Source: Nanobdellota archaeon
GTDB lineage: Archaea > Aenigmatarchaeota > Aenigmatarchaeia > QMZP01
Assembly: GCA_018816245.1 (NCBI GenBank)
Contig: JAHIVW010000003.1
Coordinates: 321,453 to 385,452, forward strand
Length of the DNA stretch: 64,000 nt
Direction: 5' to 3'
The position numbers were made by a program, and so were the translations under genes. Positions 36,170 to 46,033 of this stretch are shown in pieces. The stretch's first letter is position 1, and the number at the start of each line of letters is the position of its first letter. The notes under the pieces are model-generated. The model was not told the DNA's origin. It saw only the letters and a list, made by a program, of their open reading frames with translations, and searched no databases.

Positions 36170-38146
36170 TCAGTCACTCCTTCGTTTTATAAGCTCCTCT
36201 GGTTTCACGATCGCGTATGTGGGATCACAGGAACCATATGACTGTGTGTTGCCGGTGAGGATTTTTGTAATTTGTTCGATCGGTGCTGTTGCCTTGTTCT
36301 TGGTGATTATTGTTGCTGCAGCTGCGAGCACGGTATCCGGTGTTTTTGTTTGGAGGCTATCAGGGTCAAAGGCGTCATCCTCTGTGGTAACCTTCCCTAC
36401 TGGTTTGATGAAGTGGTTGTATTGTTCCTTAATCTTCCGCATTTGTTCGGAACTGATGTTCCGATGATACATATCATCCTTCAATTGTTTTCCTGTTTTC
36501 CGTTCCCAGACATCCCGAGGGATGCTGAACTTCTCCTGTACCTTGTCCCGGTACAATCCTGGGATCACGTTGAACGTGCAGAATGGGAGCACGCGACCGT
36601 CAGGAACAGCGTAGTGAATGTCGCATTTGTGGACACGGTCAATGTCCCAGTTGTACGGGTCCTGGAAATGCATCATCCCGAGGAACAATGATTTGAGATG
36701 GAACGCTGCAAGCCCGTGGTAGTTTCCCCCGCCAACGGCACCACTGAGGAGCTTGACAATGTTGAGATTCTGCGGCTTCTTTTTCGAGTCAACGAACTTG
36801 TTCAGGTTCAGGAGCAGCTTGGCGAGCACAACCTTTTTCTTGATTTTCCTGTGCTTGCTGCCGGTAAGTTCCCGTGTCAACTCGCCAAGGTAGTTGAAAA
36901 AGCCTTCCACATCGACAAACGATGGGAGAGGAATGAGTTTGCCGTGCTCATCCTTGAATACGTATGTTGCCATGCCACAGGAGAAGTGCACGGATAACCG
37001 ATACTTTGGTTCCTGTTTGAGCGCTTCGATGAAATCAGTGATCTGTTTTGCACAGGGAACAGGGAACCAGGCGTCCTTGCTGATTTCTCCTGCAGTCTGC
37101 GCTTGGATCCGGTTGATTGAACCAGGAATCGTGATCCGCTGCTTTCGGCGCTGGCGTTCCGGCATGCGGCCAACGAGGGACACGGGCTGGAAGTTCACCG
37201 CGCGCACGGCGTGGATGTTGCCGGATGCGAAGCGGATGATGTCACCCAGTTCGTGATCATTCACGCCGCCGATCACGGTCGGGACCAGCACAACCCCGAT
37301 CCCCGCCTTGTGGCAGTTCTCGATTGCTTGTTGTGCTTCCCAATAATTCTTCGGATTTGTCGACGGGGCCATGCCGTCGAAGGACATGTACAGGTTGGAC
37401 ACGCCGGCCTCGCGGAGGCGCAGGGGAAGGTTCGGATCGCGCGACAGGTTGATCCCGTTGGTGTTCAACTGTATATGATCGTACCCAAGTTCTTTGGCGA
37501 GCTTGATGATGTCAATCAAGTCTTCACGAAGGGTTGGTTCGCCGCCCGTGAACTGAACGGAGTTGGCGCCGACGGGCTTTTCATCCCGCATGCGCGAGAG
37601 CATAAGTTTCATCTGGTCCATGGTCGGTTCATAGATCGGGTCGCCTTCTTTGCTGTAAAAGAAACAGTACCAGCAGGACAGATCGCAGCGATTGGTTACC
37701 ACAATATTACCGAGGCCGGTATGACTTTCATGATTTGCACACAGGCCGCAGTCAGTCGGACAGTTGATGTCACCTTTTTCTATATGCGGGTTCTGGATTT
37801 CGATGCCGGGATCCTGGAATCGCTCTGCTTTTTGGTACAATCCGTAATCTGACCAGTAGACTTCCTTGAAGGGGCCGTGCTTCGGGCAGGACTTCTTGAT
37901 CCAGACCTTGTTGTGCTTCAGATAGGTGACGGCATCGATTTTCATGGTGTTCCACTGTTTGTCCTCGACGCAGCCAGGACAGAGGGACTGGTGGAACTTG
38001 AGCAAGCGGACATCCCCTTCATCTGCGAGGAGAGCGACGAGCTGCTGCTTCCGCTCAGCGGTAAAGTCGTTCACATACGGGGAGGTCGGGACAGCCAAGA
38101 AGTCCTCCCGGGTATGCTGGGTTGCTTGGGGATAAGCGTTCACCAT
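36170..38146 (-). CDS. Tetraether lipid synthase Tes/GDGT-MAS-like radical SAM protein (MJ0619 family)
   Basis: SLCPGC...SCPKHG, CPTDCGLC..H, TNRCDLSCWYCF, NFQPVS.VGR, H.SCG.ATY, MHFQD.YN.D..RV.KC.IHY..PDG...PFC.FN. Confidence 0.85.
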   Translation of the reverse strand: MVNAYPQATQHTREDFLAVPTSPYVNDFTAERKQQLVALLADEGDVRLLKFHQSLCPGCVEDKQWNTMKIDAVTYLKHNKVWIKKSCPKHGPFKEVYWSDYGLYQKAERFQDPGIEIQNPHIEKGDINCPTDCGLCANHESHTGLGNIVVTNRCDLSCWYCFFYSKEGDPIYEPTMDQMKLMLSRMRDEKPVGANSVQFTGGEPTLREDLIDIIKLAKELGYDHIQLNTNGINLSRDPNLPLRLREAGVSNLYMSFDGMAPSTNPKNYWEAQQAIENCHKAGIGVVLVPTVIGGVNDHELGDIIRFASGNIHAVRAVNFQPVSLVGRMPERQRRKQRITIPGSINRIQAQTAGEISKDAWFPVPCAKQITDFIEALKQEPKYRLSVHFSCGMATYVFKDEHGKLIPLPSFVDVEGFFNYLGELTRELTGSKHRKIKKKVVLAKLLLNLNKFVDSKKKPQNLNIVKLLSGAVGGGNYHGLAAFHLKSLFLGMMHFQDPYNWDIDRVHKCDIHYAVPDGRVLPFCTFNVIPGLYRDKVQEKFSIPRDVWERKTGKQLKDDMYHRNISSEQMRKIKEQYNHFIKPVGKVTTEDDAFDPDSLQTKTPDTVLAAAATIITKNKATAPIEQITKILTGNTQSYGSCDPTYAIVKPEELIKRRSD

Positions 38147-38158
38147 GCAGCTTCCTCC

Positions 38159-38182
38159 AACATTTGAAAGTTATCAAATGTT
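38159..38182. promoter_or_regulatory. Perfect inverted repeat AACATTTGA-N6-TCAAATGTT upstream of the tes-like gene
   Basis: 9-bp arms adjacent to the GGAGG SD. Confidence 0.5.
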
Positions 38183-38233
38183 TCAAATATTGAACTTCAG
38201 AGACATATAAGCGTTTTCTGTATTTTGACTCTT

Positions 38234-39085
38234 TTATACATAGTGTTTGAGCATCATTGAAAGATCAATGTTCGAGATATCCCGCGTCGCCGGGACACCC
38301 TTCTCATAGACCGAAACTTCACCATCATAGGTCGGCCGGTCCTCCTTGAAGAACAACCCAAGTGGCAGTTTGTCAGTTCGCCGAGCGAGCTTCATGGCCT
38401 CGTCCCAGTTGGCAGGATCGTTTCCTTGAAGGACTTGCGTATTCTCCTGATACCATTGAGGCGTGTTCGCCCGGTTATAGTTGACGCATGGTTGCAACAC
38501 ATCGACAAACGCGTAGCCTTTGTGGTTGAGAGCATCAACAAACAATTCCTTGAGCTGGGAGACGTTCAGCGCATAGCCGCGGGCAACATAACTGGCACCC
38601 ATAGTCAAGGCGAGCGCCAGCGGATTCACCGGGGTTTCCAGCGCACCATGTGGTGACGATGGTGATTTGAACCCTTTCTTACTCGTTGGGGAATACTGCC
38701 CTTTTGTCAGCCCGTATACCTGGTTGTCCTGCACGATGTGCACGATATCAAGATTGCGGCGCATGGTATGCATGAAGTGGTTGCCACCAATGCCGTACGT
38801 ATCACCATCGCCGGAGATGGCAATCACCGTCAAGGTCGGATTTGCCAGCTTGATGCCCATAGCAACCGGCAACCCGCGACCGTGCAACCCTTCGAAGCCG
38901 TACGTCTTGACGTAGTGCGGAATCTTTGAACCACAGCCGATTCCTGAAACAATAACAACATCCTTCGGATCAATAACGAGTTCTGCGAGCGCATTCTTCA
39001 ATGACGCGAGGATGGTGTGGTCACCGCACCCCGGACACCAGGTTGGTGTTTCCTGTGTTGTGAGATCAGCAAGAGAAATCGTCAT
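38234..39085 (-). CDS. korB: 2-oxoacid:ferredoxin oxidoreductase beta subunit
   Basis: WCPGCGD, SGIGC, HGR, GDGD...IGGNH, DNQVYGLTKGQ.SPT. Confidence 0.93.
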   Translation of the reverse strand: MTISLADLTTQETPTWCPGCGDHTILASLKNALAELVIDPKDVVIVSGIGCGSKIPHYVKTYGFEGLHGRGLPVAMGIKLANPTLTVIAISGDGDTYGIGGNHFMHTMRRNLDIVHIVQDNQVYGLTKGQYSPTSKKGFKSPSSPHGALETPVNPLALALTMGASYVARGYALNVSQLKELFVDALNHKGYAFVDVLQPCVNYNRANTPQWYQENTQVLQGNDPANWDEAMKLARRTDKLPLGLFFKEDRPTYDGEVSVYEKGVPATRDISNIDLSMMLKHYV

Positions 39086-40869
39086 ACAATCATCTCCTTG
39101 ATCGCGGCAACAATGTCTTCAGGATCAAAGGGCCGACCGTCATACCGCAAGATCTTTTCTTTAATGGTAATTAGGCACTGTTCCCGGATCAGGGAACCGA
39201 GTTGACTGGTCATGTTACTTTCCACAAGGACCAGTTGTTTCGCCTTTTTCAAAATCCGGGAAACCGTCTCTGTAGGAAACGGGCTGAGATACATGAGCTG
39301 TAGGAAATTCGTTGCAACACCATCTGATTTCAGGAGCTTCATTGCCTCGAGGATCGGCCCTTTCGGTGATCCCCAGCTGACAAAAGTGATCGGCGCATCA
39401 GCCGGACCGATGAGTTTCGGTTGCGGCAGGGTCTTGGCGAGCTGCTCAATCTTGCGGAACCGCTTCTGGTGCATGGCGACCCGGACTGCTGGCTCTTCAC
39501 ACTCGTTTCCTTCCTCGTCGTGTTCGTAACTTGAAGCAACAAACATACAACCGGGAATGCCGGGCCGAGCCCGCGGTGACACTGCGTCCTTGGTCAATGC
39601 GTACCGCTTGTAGTTCTGTTGTGCTGTTGTTACCATTTTCCCGCGGTGCACAGAAAGCTGGTGTGGTAGGGGATCGACTGAACAATAACTTTCTGCAAGG
39701 TACTTGTCTGAAAGAAGAATCACCGGCAGCTGGTATTGATCCGCAAGGTTGAATGCCTCGAACCCGAGTGTGTAGTTCTCAGCGGCATCTCCGGGGGCGA
39801 CCACAACGCGCGGGAATTCGTCCGTTGACGCATGCAACACATACTGGAGATCACCTTGGCCAGAATGCGTTGCCATGCCTGATCCCGGGCCAGGACGCAT
39901 GACGTTTGCCACCACAAGCGGTGTTTCTGTTTGCGCTGCAAGACCGAGTCCTTCAACCATCAGCGCAAAACCGCCGCCACTTGTTGCGGTCATGGACCGC
40001 GCGCCCGCGTAGCTTGCACCGATCGCCGCATTGATCGCGGTAATCTCGTCTTCCGTATGCTTGACCACAATATTGTAGTCTTTCTCATTCGCTGCAACCG
40101 TGTGCAGGATGGATGAGGCAGGTGTCATCGGGTATGCGGCAAAAAACGTGAGGCCTGCTTTGATTGCGCCAGCGGTCATGGCTTCGTTGCCAGACATGAA
40201 CAGTCTCTGCGGGCCAGGTTGTTTCTTCAATGAAACAGGAAATGGTTTTCCTTTGACCAGATCGTATCCTGCTTGGGCGGCCTTAATATTCTTCTGAACA
40301 ACCGCATCGCCTTTCTTCTCAAAGGTTTCTGTGAGGATGGCGATAAATGATGAGAGCGCAACACCGAGCAGGCCAATCGTTGCCCCCATGGCAACCACGT
40401 TTCGCATGATGGGGCCGCCGCATGCGCTTGCGGTCTTGAGGAGGGGAAGCGGGAAGAGTGCAATGTCGCTCCGTTTGAGACTCTCGACGCTCACCTTGAG
40501 GGTGTCTCCGTCGTAAATGATCCCGCCGCCAGGGATGATCTTGCTCGCGTGCTTGTCAACTGCTTCCTGATTCAGGGCAACGAGGAGATCAACCCATTTT
40601 GTGTGGGATGCAAGCGGCTTGTCTGAGACACGGATATCAAGATGATTGTGCCCGCCGCGGATCAGGCTGGGATATTCTGCTGACGCAAAGACGTATAAGC
40701 CGTCCCGCATGCACAGCTTGGCGAACATGCGGCCAGCGTTCAGGATCCCGTCGCCTGCTGCTCCCGCAATCTTCCAGGAAAGGTTGTTGATCCGTTTCCC
40801 TCCCGTGATTGAGCCGTGGGCAGGTGAAGTAGTAGGGATTGTTGCAACCGCGTTTGCGCGTGGAATCAT
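39082..40869 (-). CDS. korA: 2-oxoacid:ferredoxin oxidoreductase alpha subunit (fused gamma-alpha)
   Basis: EYPS.IRGGH, AYPMTPAS, EDE..A, TSGGGFALM.E, RPGP..G. Confidence 0.93.
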   Translation of the reverse strand: MIPRANAVATIPTTSPAHGSITGGKRINNLSWKIAGAAGDGILNAGRMFAKLCMRDGLYVFASAEYPSLIRGGHNHLDIRVSDKPLASHTKWVDLLVALNQEAVDKHASKIIPGGGIIYDGDTLKVSVESLKRSDIALFPLPLLKTASACGGPIMRNVVAMGATIGLLGVALSSFIAILTETFEKKGDAVVQKNIKAAQAGYDLVKGKPFPVSLKKQPGPQRLFMSGNEAMTAGAIKAGLTFFAAYPMTPASSILHTVAANEKDYNIVVKHTEDEITAINAAIGASYAGARSMTATSGGGFALMVEGLGLAAQTETPLVVANVMRPGPGSGMATHSGQGDLQYVLHASTDEFPRVVVAPGDAAENYTLGFEAFNLADQYQLPVILLSDKYLAESYCSVDPLPHQLSVHRGKMVTTAQQNYKRYALTKDAVSPRARPGIPGCMFVASSYEHDEEGNECEEPAVRVAMHQKRFRKIEQLAKTLPQPKLIGPADAPITFVSWGSPKGPILEAMKLLKSDGVATNFLQLMYLSPFPTETVSRILKKAKQLVLVESNMTSQLGSLIREQCLITIKEKILRYDGRPFDPEDIVAAIKEMIV

Positions 40870-40973
40870 AGCCTCATCCTTCGTGACATACTTCAAATAT
40901 CCCGTGCTGCGGTCTTCGACAATGAACGGGAATTGTGTCTTATAGGAAAGATATAAGAAGGAATAACTGGTTC

Positions 40974-41132
40974 TTACAGCACAAACTTCACAATCAGCTC
41001 AAAGGCAACAAGAATCGCGATCGCCCCAACAATATGTTCGGGTCGGATCTTCGGACCCTTGGCAGATTCGTCGTAGTAGTTGACCAGTCCACCGCTTGAC
41101 TGCGGCATATAGTTCCGTTGCTGCTTCGCCAT
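40974..41132 (-). CDS. Preprotein translocase subunit Sec61beta
   Basis: Below ORF-track cutoff. Manual translation: MAKQQRNYMPQSSGGLVNYYDESAKGPKIRPEHIVGAIAILVAFELIVKFVL. Confidence 0.9.
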   Translation of the reverse strand: MAKQQRNYMPQSSGGLVNYYDESAKGPKIRPEHIVGAIAILVAFELIVKFVL

Positions 41133-41162
41133 GGCTGGATTTAGCCGCAGAGGTTTAAAAGG

Positions 41163-41435
41163 TTACTTTCCGGTTGCCCAGGCCTTCAGTTTCTCGTAGG
41201 TCGTGGTGCCGCAGATCCACTTCCCGGTCTTTTTGTTGAAAAGGAAGGGAACGCCGCCGCACTTGCCGCCGTCCAGCTCCTGCCACATGGCTGCATTCTC
41301 TGCGTTGTGCCAGACCTCCAGATGGGTCAGTTCAATCCCGGCTTCTTCTTTCAAGCGGTCGAAGAGCGGTTCCAGTTCATGGCAGTGTTTGCATTCCGTT
41401 CCGTAGAAAACAATTAGATTCGGGTCTGCTGCCAT
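41163..41435 (-). CDS. Thioredoxin/glutaredoxin-like protein
   Basis: FYGTECKHC, EVWHN, CGGVPFL. Confidence 0.85.
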   Translation of the reverse strand: MAADPNLIVFYGTECKHCHELEPLFDRLKEEAGIELTHLEVWHNAENAAMWQELDGGKCGGVPFLFNKKTGKWICGTTTYEKLKAWATGK

Positions 41436-41465
41436 GCCTTCTCCTTGGCACGGGAAGTATAAAAG

Positions 41466-42659
41466 TCAGAGCGGCAGAATGTGGCCGAGCTTTTCCTTTT
41501 TTGTTTTAAGGTAGTTCTTGTTGAACGGGTTTGGGTGCACAAAAATCGGCACGGTTTTCGTAATAGTCAACCCGTGTCCTTCGATTCCCACAACCTTGCG
41601 TGGATTGTTGGTCATCAACCTAATTGTTGACAAGCCGAGGTCCTTCAGGATTTGTGCGCCGATGCCGTAATCGCGAAGATCATGCGGCAAACCGAGTTGC
41701 TCGTTTGCTTCAACGGTGTCGAATCCCCTGTCTTGCAGCTCGTATGCACGCATTTTGTTTTCCAAACCAATCCCGCGGCCTTCCTGTTTCATGTACAACA
41801 GCACCCCGGTCCCTTCGGTTGCGATCTTTTTGAGTGCGCTGTCAATCTGCGGGCCGCAGTCGCAACGGAGTGACCGGAAAACTTCGCCGGTGAGACACGC
41901 AGAATGAACGCGAACCAAGACGTTTTCTTTCCCGTGAACGTCTCCTTTGAGGAGTGCAATGTGATGTTGTCCGTCCAGTTGTGACCGGTAGGTAATCGCC
42001 CGGAAATTTCCGTAGGTTGTTGGGAGACTGATTTCTGCAACACGGTGGATGTGGTTTTCTGTTTTTCTGCGATATGCAATCAAATCACTGATGGAAATCA
42101 ACTTCACGTTGTGCTGCTTCGCAAAATCATGGAGCGCTAGCAGCCGCATCATACTCCCGTCTTGGTGCATGAGTTCGCTGATGATTGCGCCTTCGCGCAG
42201 ACCAGCGAGTCGACACAGATCAACGCCGGCTTCTGTATGACCAGTTCGTTTAAGGACACCCCCATCTTGTGCGCGAAGCGGAAACACATGGCCAGGACGC
42301 CGCAGGTCATGCGGCTTCGCTGCAGGATGAATTGCTGCTCGGATGGTTTGCGCGCGGTCAGGTGCAGAAATGCCGGTCGTAATGCCACGTGCTGCTTCAA
42401 TACTGACTGTGAATGAGGTACCAAATCGTGATGTGTTTTGGTGGACCATGGGAGGAAGGTCCAATTGATCGGCAATGGCATTGTTCAGGGCAAGACACAC
42501 GATCCCGCCGGTGTGATGGATGATAAACGCCATCTTCTCTGAGGTGACATGTTCTGCGGCAAGAATGAGATCGCCCTCGTTCTCCCGGTCTTTGTCGTCA
42601 ACGACGATCACCAGCTTCCCCTGCCGAAAATCAGCAATCGCCTCATCGATCGTGTCCAT
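41466..42659 (-). CDS. ribBA: Bifunctional DHBP synthase/GTP cyclohydrolase II
   Basis: [31 protein letters not shown]....[21 protein letters not shown]. Confidence 0.96.
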   Translation of the reverse strand: MDTIDEAIADFRQGKLVIVVDDKDRENEGDLILAAEHVTSEKMAFIIHHTGGIVCLALNNAIADQLDLPPMVHQNTSRFGTSFTVSIEAARGITTGISAPDRAQTIRAAIHPAAKPHDLRRPGHVFPLRAQDGGVLKRTGHTEAGVDLCRLAGLREGAIISELMHQDGSMMRLLALHDFAKQHNVKLISISDLIAYRRKTENHIHRVAEISLPTTYGNFRAITYRSQLDGQHHIALLKGDVHGKENVLVRVHSACLTGEVFRSLRCDCGPQIDSALKKIATEGTGVLLYMKQEGRGIGLENKMRAYELQDRGFDTVEANEQLGLPHDLRDYGIGAQILKDLGLSTIRLMTNNPRKVVGIEGHGLTITKTVPIFVHPNPFNKNYLKTKKEKLGHILPL

Positions 42660-42702
42660 GATCGTGGTTTCCCTATTGAGATTTAAGAAAGGAAGGGGAG
42701 GG

Positions 42703-42915
42703 CTATTGCGCCCCTAAGAGTTCTGCTTCGAGGTTGCTGAGGTCCCCGTCATCGACGAGCTTGTTCAGCTCTGTTTCGAGCGCGGCATCGATCTCGTCGT
42801 CAACGACACTCCCTGAGACCGGGAGTGTCGGTGCCTTTTCACGGGGAAGGGCCGCAGCAAACGCAACCACTGCGATGATCGCCACGAGGACGATGGTGAC
42901 AGTAACACGGTTCAT
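42703..42915 (-). CDS. Small exported acidic protein, paralog of 44934..45131
   Basis: Signal anchor plus [16 protein letters not shown]...LEAELLG. Confidence 0.65.
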   Translation of the reverse strand: MNRVTVTIVLVAIIAVVAFAAALPREKAPTLPVSGSVVDDEIDAALETELNKLVDDGDLSNLEAELLGAQ

Positions 42916-42926
42916 TGGGTCACCAT

Positions 42927-43832
42927 TTAGTCGTCAACGGATGCAGTGACAGCAGCGTTGAGTTTGTTTTTGAGTTCTGGCGCTTTGATGCGGACAAGCT
43001 CCAATTTCTCTTTTATGTTTTTGATTTGTTCTGTGGAGATTGCCGTCAATGCATTAGATTGGTCGTCTTCGTCAAGCGAACGCCAGACAGCGAGTTGCGC
43101 TTGGACGGCATTTGCATTACCAGAGCCAAAGTTGACTGGTATTGTTTCAAGCACATTCTTGCAGTCTTCTTTATTAGCGGTGCAGAGTTCGCGAAGACGC
43201 AATCGAACGCGGGCATCCTCGTTCGCGATTTCAGCGTACCCAGCAATTTGTGCCCGAACCCTGTGGGTATAACCGAGTTCGTTACCGTTTTCTTCAGCGT
43301 CAGTTTCGTCTTCCTCGTCCAGACCGGTTACGATCTGCTGTTTGATGACAACGTCCCACTCTTCGCCATTAAGCGTCATGGTTCCTCGTACACGTTCGTT
43401 CCCATCCTCTTTGATGCTGACTGCGAGATCGATGGTACCGACCTGTTGTGTGCTTCCATGAAGGAAGAGATCGCCTGTGACACTGAGCGCTTCGCTGTTG
43501 TAGACGGGATTCTTGATTTGATAGAGTTCTGTTTTCCCGTCATCATTCCCATCGAATTTCAGGAGTCCTGCTGTCTTTTCTGCATTCCCTGCGGTTGTGC
43601 TCACTAGAGCCCGTGCAATGACAACGTGGATTCGCCGAGCGCCTTCGAGATCGTCAAGAGTATAGGTCCCATCAGCGTTTTTGGGAACAGCGAATCCTTG
43701 GCCAACAATGTGAACCTTTGTGAATTTGACACTCTTCCCTTGGTTGCCGAGGCCTTGCGCTGCAGCAATTCCAATGGTCAAGGTGCTTGCAATGAGCACA
43801 ACAACCATGAGGGCTGCGATGATTCCTTTCAT
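42927..43832 (-). CDS. Secreted protein of unknown function
   Basis: GGAGG SD; signal peptide MKGIIAAL...AAA; beta-rich N-terminal and helical C-terminal part. Confidence 0.7.
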   Translation of the reverse strand: MKGIIAALMVVVLIASTLTIGIAAAQGLGNQGKSVKFTKVHIVGQGFAVPKNADGTYTLDDLEGARRIHVVIARALVSTTAGNAEKTAGLLKFDGNDDGKTELYQIKNPVYNSEALSVTGDLFLHGSTQQVGTIDLAVSIKEDGNERVRGTMTLNGEEWDVVIKQQIVTGLDEEDETDAEENGNELGYTHRVRAQIAGYAEIANEDARVRLRLRELCTANKEDCKNVLETIPVNFGSGNANAVQAQLAVWRSLDEDDQSNALTAISTEQIKNIKEKLELVRIKAPELKNKLNAAVTASVDD

Positions 43833-43850
43833 ATAGTTTCCTCCTTGATT

Positions 43851-43963
43851 TGAAACAACGGAGCCTTTGAGTATTGACACCGTTCCGTTGTAATATCTTG
43901 TTCTTAGTGTCTTCCCCTATGAATACTGCCCGTGAAACAGTTTGAAACAGTTGTCTGAAACAA
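43851..43963. repeat. Four direct copies of TGAAACA(G/A) in the promoter region
   Basis: Copies at 43851, 43933, 43943 and 43956. Confidence 0.6.
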
Positions 43964-44902
43964 TTATTTTTTCTCGGGAGTGAGTTCAAGAAGGTTCTGC
44001 TGCGGCGGTTCCTGCTGCTTTTCTTGAAGAGGGATTGATTTTCCAGTCCAGGTTAGCCTGTTCGTCCTTCCTGCCTTTTCCTTCTTGATCAGGCCGCGGG
44101 CCTCGAGCTTCTTCACGATCCTCGTCATCTTGGCCCGGGAGAACCCGAACTGCCGTTCAATCTTGTTCTGGTAGACGATCTTTGTTTTCTGGACAGCAAC
44201 AATCACCTTGCGTTCATCTTCAAAGAAGGAGAGCAGGAACTGGCTTCGGTGCCGGCGGCGGAGGAAGAAGATGACCGCCACAAGGATACCGATCCCCGCG
44301 GCTGCGGCGAGGATGAGCAGGAACGAGTCTTGCAGGGGAATGCCGCTCTCGAACTGAATCGAAAAGAACTGGGTGCCCTTCGGATCTGTGATCGTCCAGG
44401 TGTACCCAATTTGTTCACCATCTGACACCGGTGTCCCGCTGCCAGGAAAGACACTATTCCCAACAGCAACATAGCCTTTGGGGAGATACGCAGTAACATG
44501 CAAAGTCGTGACTCCGGACGGTGGAGAAAAGGGAAATGTGAACACAAATCCTTCATCATTGGAGAACAGCACGTCTGATGTGGAAAATGAAAGCAGGATA
44601 TCATGGGTTCCCGCCGCTGCAGGGAAGGTCATGGTTGTGAGCCCGTCGTTCCTCGTAATTGTTGGTTCAATGGGTTGGTTGTCGACCAGGATTACCAGAT
44701 TTGTCACCGCCCCATTCACATCATACGAGAGTTCACGGGACTCAGGAAGAGGTTCTGTCAAGAGAATGTGAATTGTTTCCTCTGCCGTGTCAGTGGTGAG
44801 GTCAAACATGATCTCGTACGTGGTGATCGGTAGGGCGCGTCCCTGCGGAATGAGGGAGAGTATGACGAGAAGCGCGATCACGATGCTGATTCTCCTCTTC
44901 AT
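43964..44902 (-). CDS. Membrane-anchored one-component regulator (extracellular domain, TM, cytoplasmic wHTH)
   Basis: Signal peptide; TM; EDERKVI...YQ..I....GFSRAKMTRIVKKLEARGLI.KEK.GRTN. Confidence 0.8.
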   Translation of the reverse strand: MKRRISIVIALLVILSLIPQGRALPITTYEIMFDLTTDTAEETIHILLTEPLPESRELSYDVNGAVTNLVILVDNQPIEPTITRNDGLTTMTFPAAAGTHDILLSFSTSDVLFSNDEGFVFTFPFSPPSGVTTLHVTAYLPKGYVAVGNSVFPGSGTPVSDGEQIGYTWTITDPKGTQFFSIQFESGIPLQDSFLLILAAAAGIGILVAVIFFLRRRHRSQFLLSFFEDERKVIVAVQKTKIVYQNKIERQFGFSRAKMTRIVKKLEARGLIKKEKAGRTNRLTWTGKSIPLQEKQQEPPQQNLLELTPEKK

Positions 44903-44933
44903 AGCAACCGAATAGAAAGGAGGTTAAAAAGGA

Positions 44934-45131
44934 CTAGAGATCGCCGAGGAGCTCGTTTTGAAGATCATCAAGAGATTCATCTGGGAGTTGGTTCAATTCA
45001 TTCTCGAGTGCCGTGTTGATCTCGTCGTCAACGTTCGCCGTCGCCCCATTGTCGCCTCCGGTGTCTGCTGGGATTGTGGTACAGCCGGCAACAAGGAGAA
45101 TGGCAATGAGTGCGAACAAGAGGAGTTTCAT
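44934..45131 (-). CDS. Small acidic lipoprotein, paralog of 42703..42915
   Basis: Lipobox LVAGC; VDDEINTALENELNQL...LQNELLG. Confidence 0.7.
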   Translation of the reverse strand: MKLLLFALIAILLVAGCTTIPADTGGDNGATANVDDEINTALENELNQLPDESLDDLQNELLGDL

Positions 45132-45184
45132 TAATATTCTTTGTCCTGTTCCTATAAATACACTGTCCTGTAATAGGCGATAGT

Positions 45185-46033
45185 ATGGTTTTCCAGGAAT
45201 ATTTTCTCGATCCCATTCTTGCGAATGGCTACTTCAATCCGATTAATACCGCAGTGTATGCGATCTTGTTGGTGGTGGCGGTCTATATTGTATATCGCGT
45301 CATCACGAAACTGAACATCCCGATTGACAAACATTTCTTCTACGCGATCCTGCCGTTCGTGGTGTGGGGATCCAGTACGCGTGTGTTGCATGATGCTGCC
45401 TTTGTTGGTGTGCTGCCGTCAGGAGTGCAGGAGTTCTATTCAGCGCCCTTCTTTCCGACACCAGGAAGTTACTTGATCACCTTTGTTTTGGCCTTCTCAG
45501 TGTTCCTGCTCTCGATCGGGATCATGAAGGTGGGGAAGATTCCCTACTGGAAGCCCATGGCCGCGATCGGGTCGCTTCTGGTCCTCGTGAACTTCGTGAT
45601 TACCCCTTGGCGGTTCTTCGAGCCCCTCTGGCTTGTTCTGGGGTTACTGGTGGTGTCGGTGGGGATCTTCAATGGGATTGCCCGGCTCCTGCGGCAGCCT
45701 TCGGTGGCGAGGCTCCATCCTGAACTTCCTCGGATTCTGACGCCCGTGAACCAGGGGATCCTGGCAGCGCACTTTCTGGATGCGAGCGCGACCTTCGTAT
45801 CGCTCAGCTTTTTCGGGTACTTCGAGCAACACGTGGTGCCGAACATCCTGATCCCCTTCGTGGGGCCGGTCGCCATGTTCCTGCTCAAGATCGTGGTCGT
45901 GATCCCCGTGGTCTGGGTGATCGGGAAGTATGCCGAGAACGCGAACTTCAGGAACTTCCTGCTGATTGTGGTCTTCATCTTGGGATTTGCGCCAGGGATG
46001 CGGGATTTGCTGCGGCTCATTGCCGGGGTCTAG
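45185..46033 (+). CDS. DUF63-like archaeal membrane protein
   Basis: YF.DPI...GY.NPINT.VYA, RVL.DA, AHFLDASAT, EQHVV, LG.APG.RD.LR. Confidence 0.8.
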   Translation: MVFQEYFLDPILANGYFNPINTAVYAILLVVAVYIVYRVITKLNIPIDKHFFYAILPFVVWGSSTRVLHDAAFVGVLPSGVQEFYSAPFFPTPGSYLITFVLAFSVFLLSIGIMKVGKIPYWKPMAAIGSLLVLVNFVITPWRFFEPLWLVLGLLVVSVGIFNGIARLLRQPSVARLHPELPRILTPVNQGILAAHFLDASATFVSLSFFGYFEQHVVPNILIPFVGPVAMFLLKIVVVIPVVWVIGKYAENANFRNFLLIVVFILGFAPGMRDLLRLIAGV

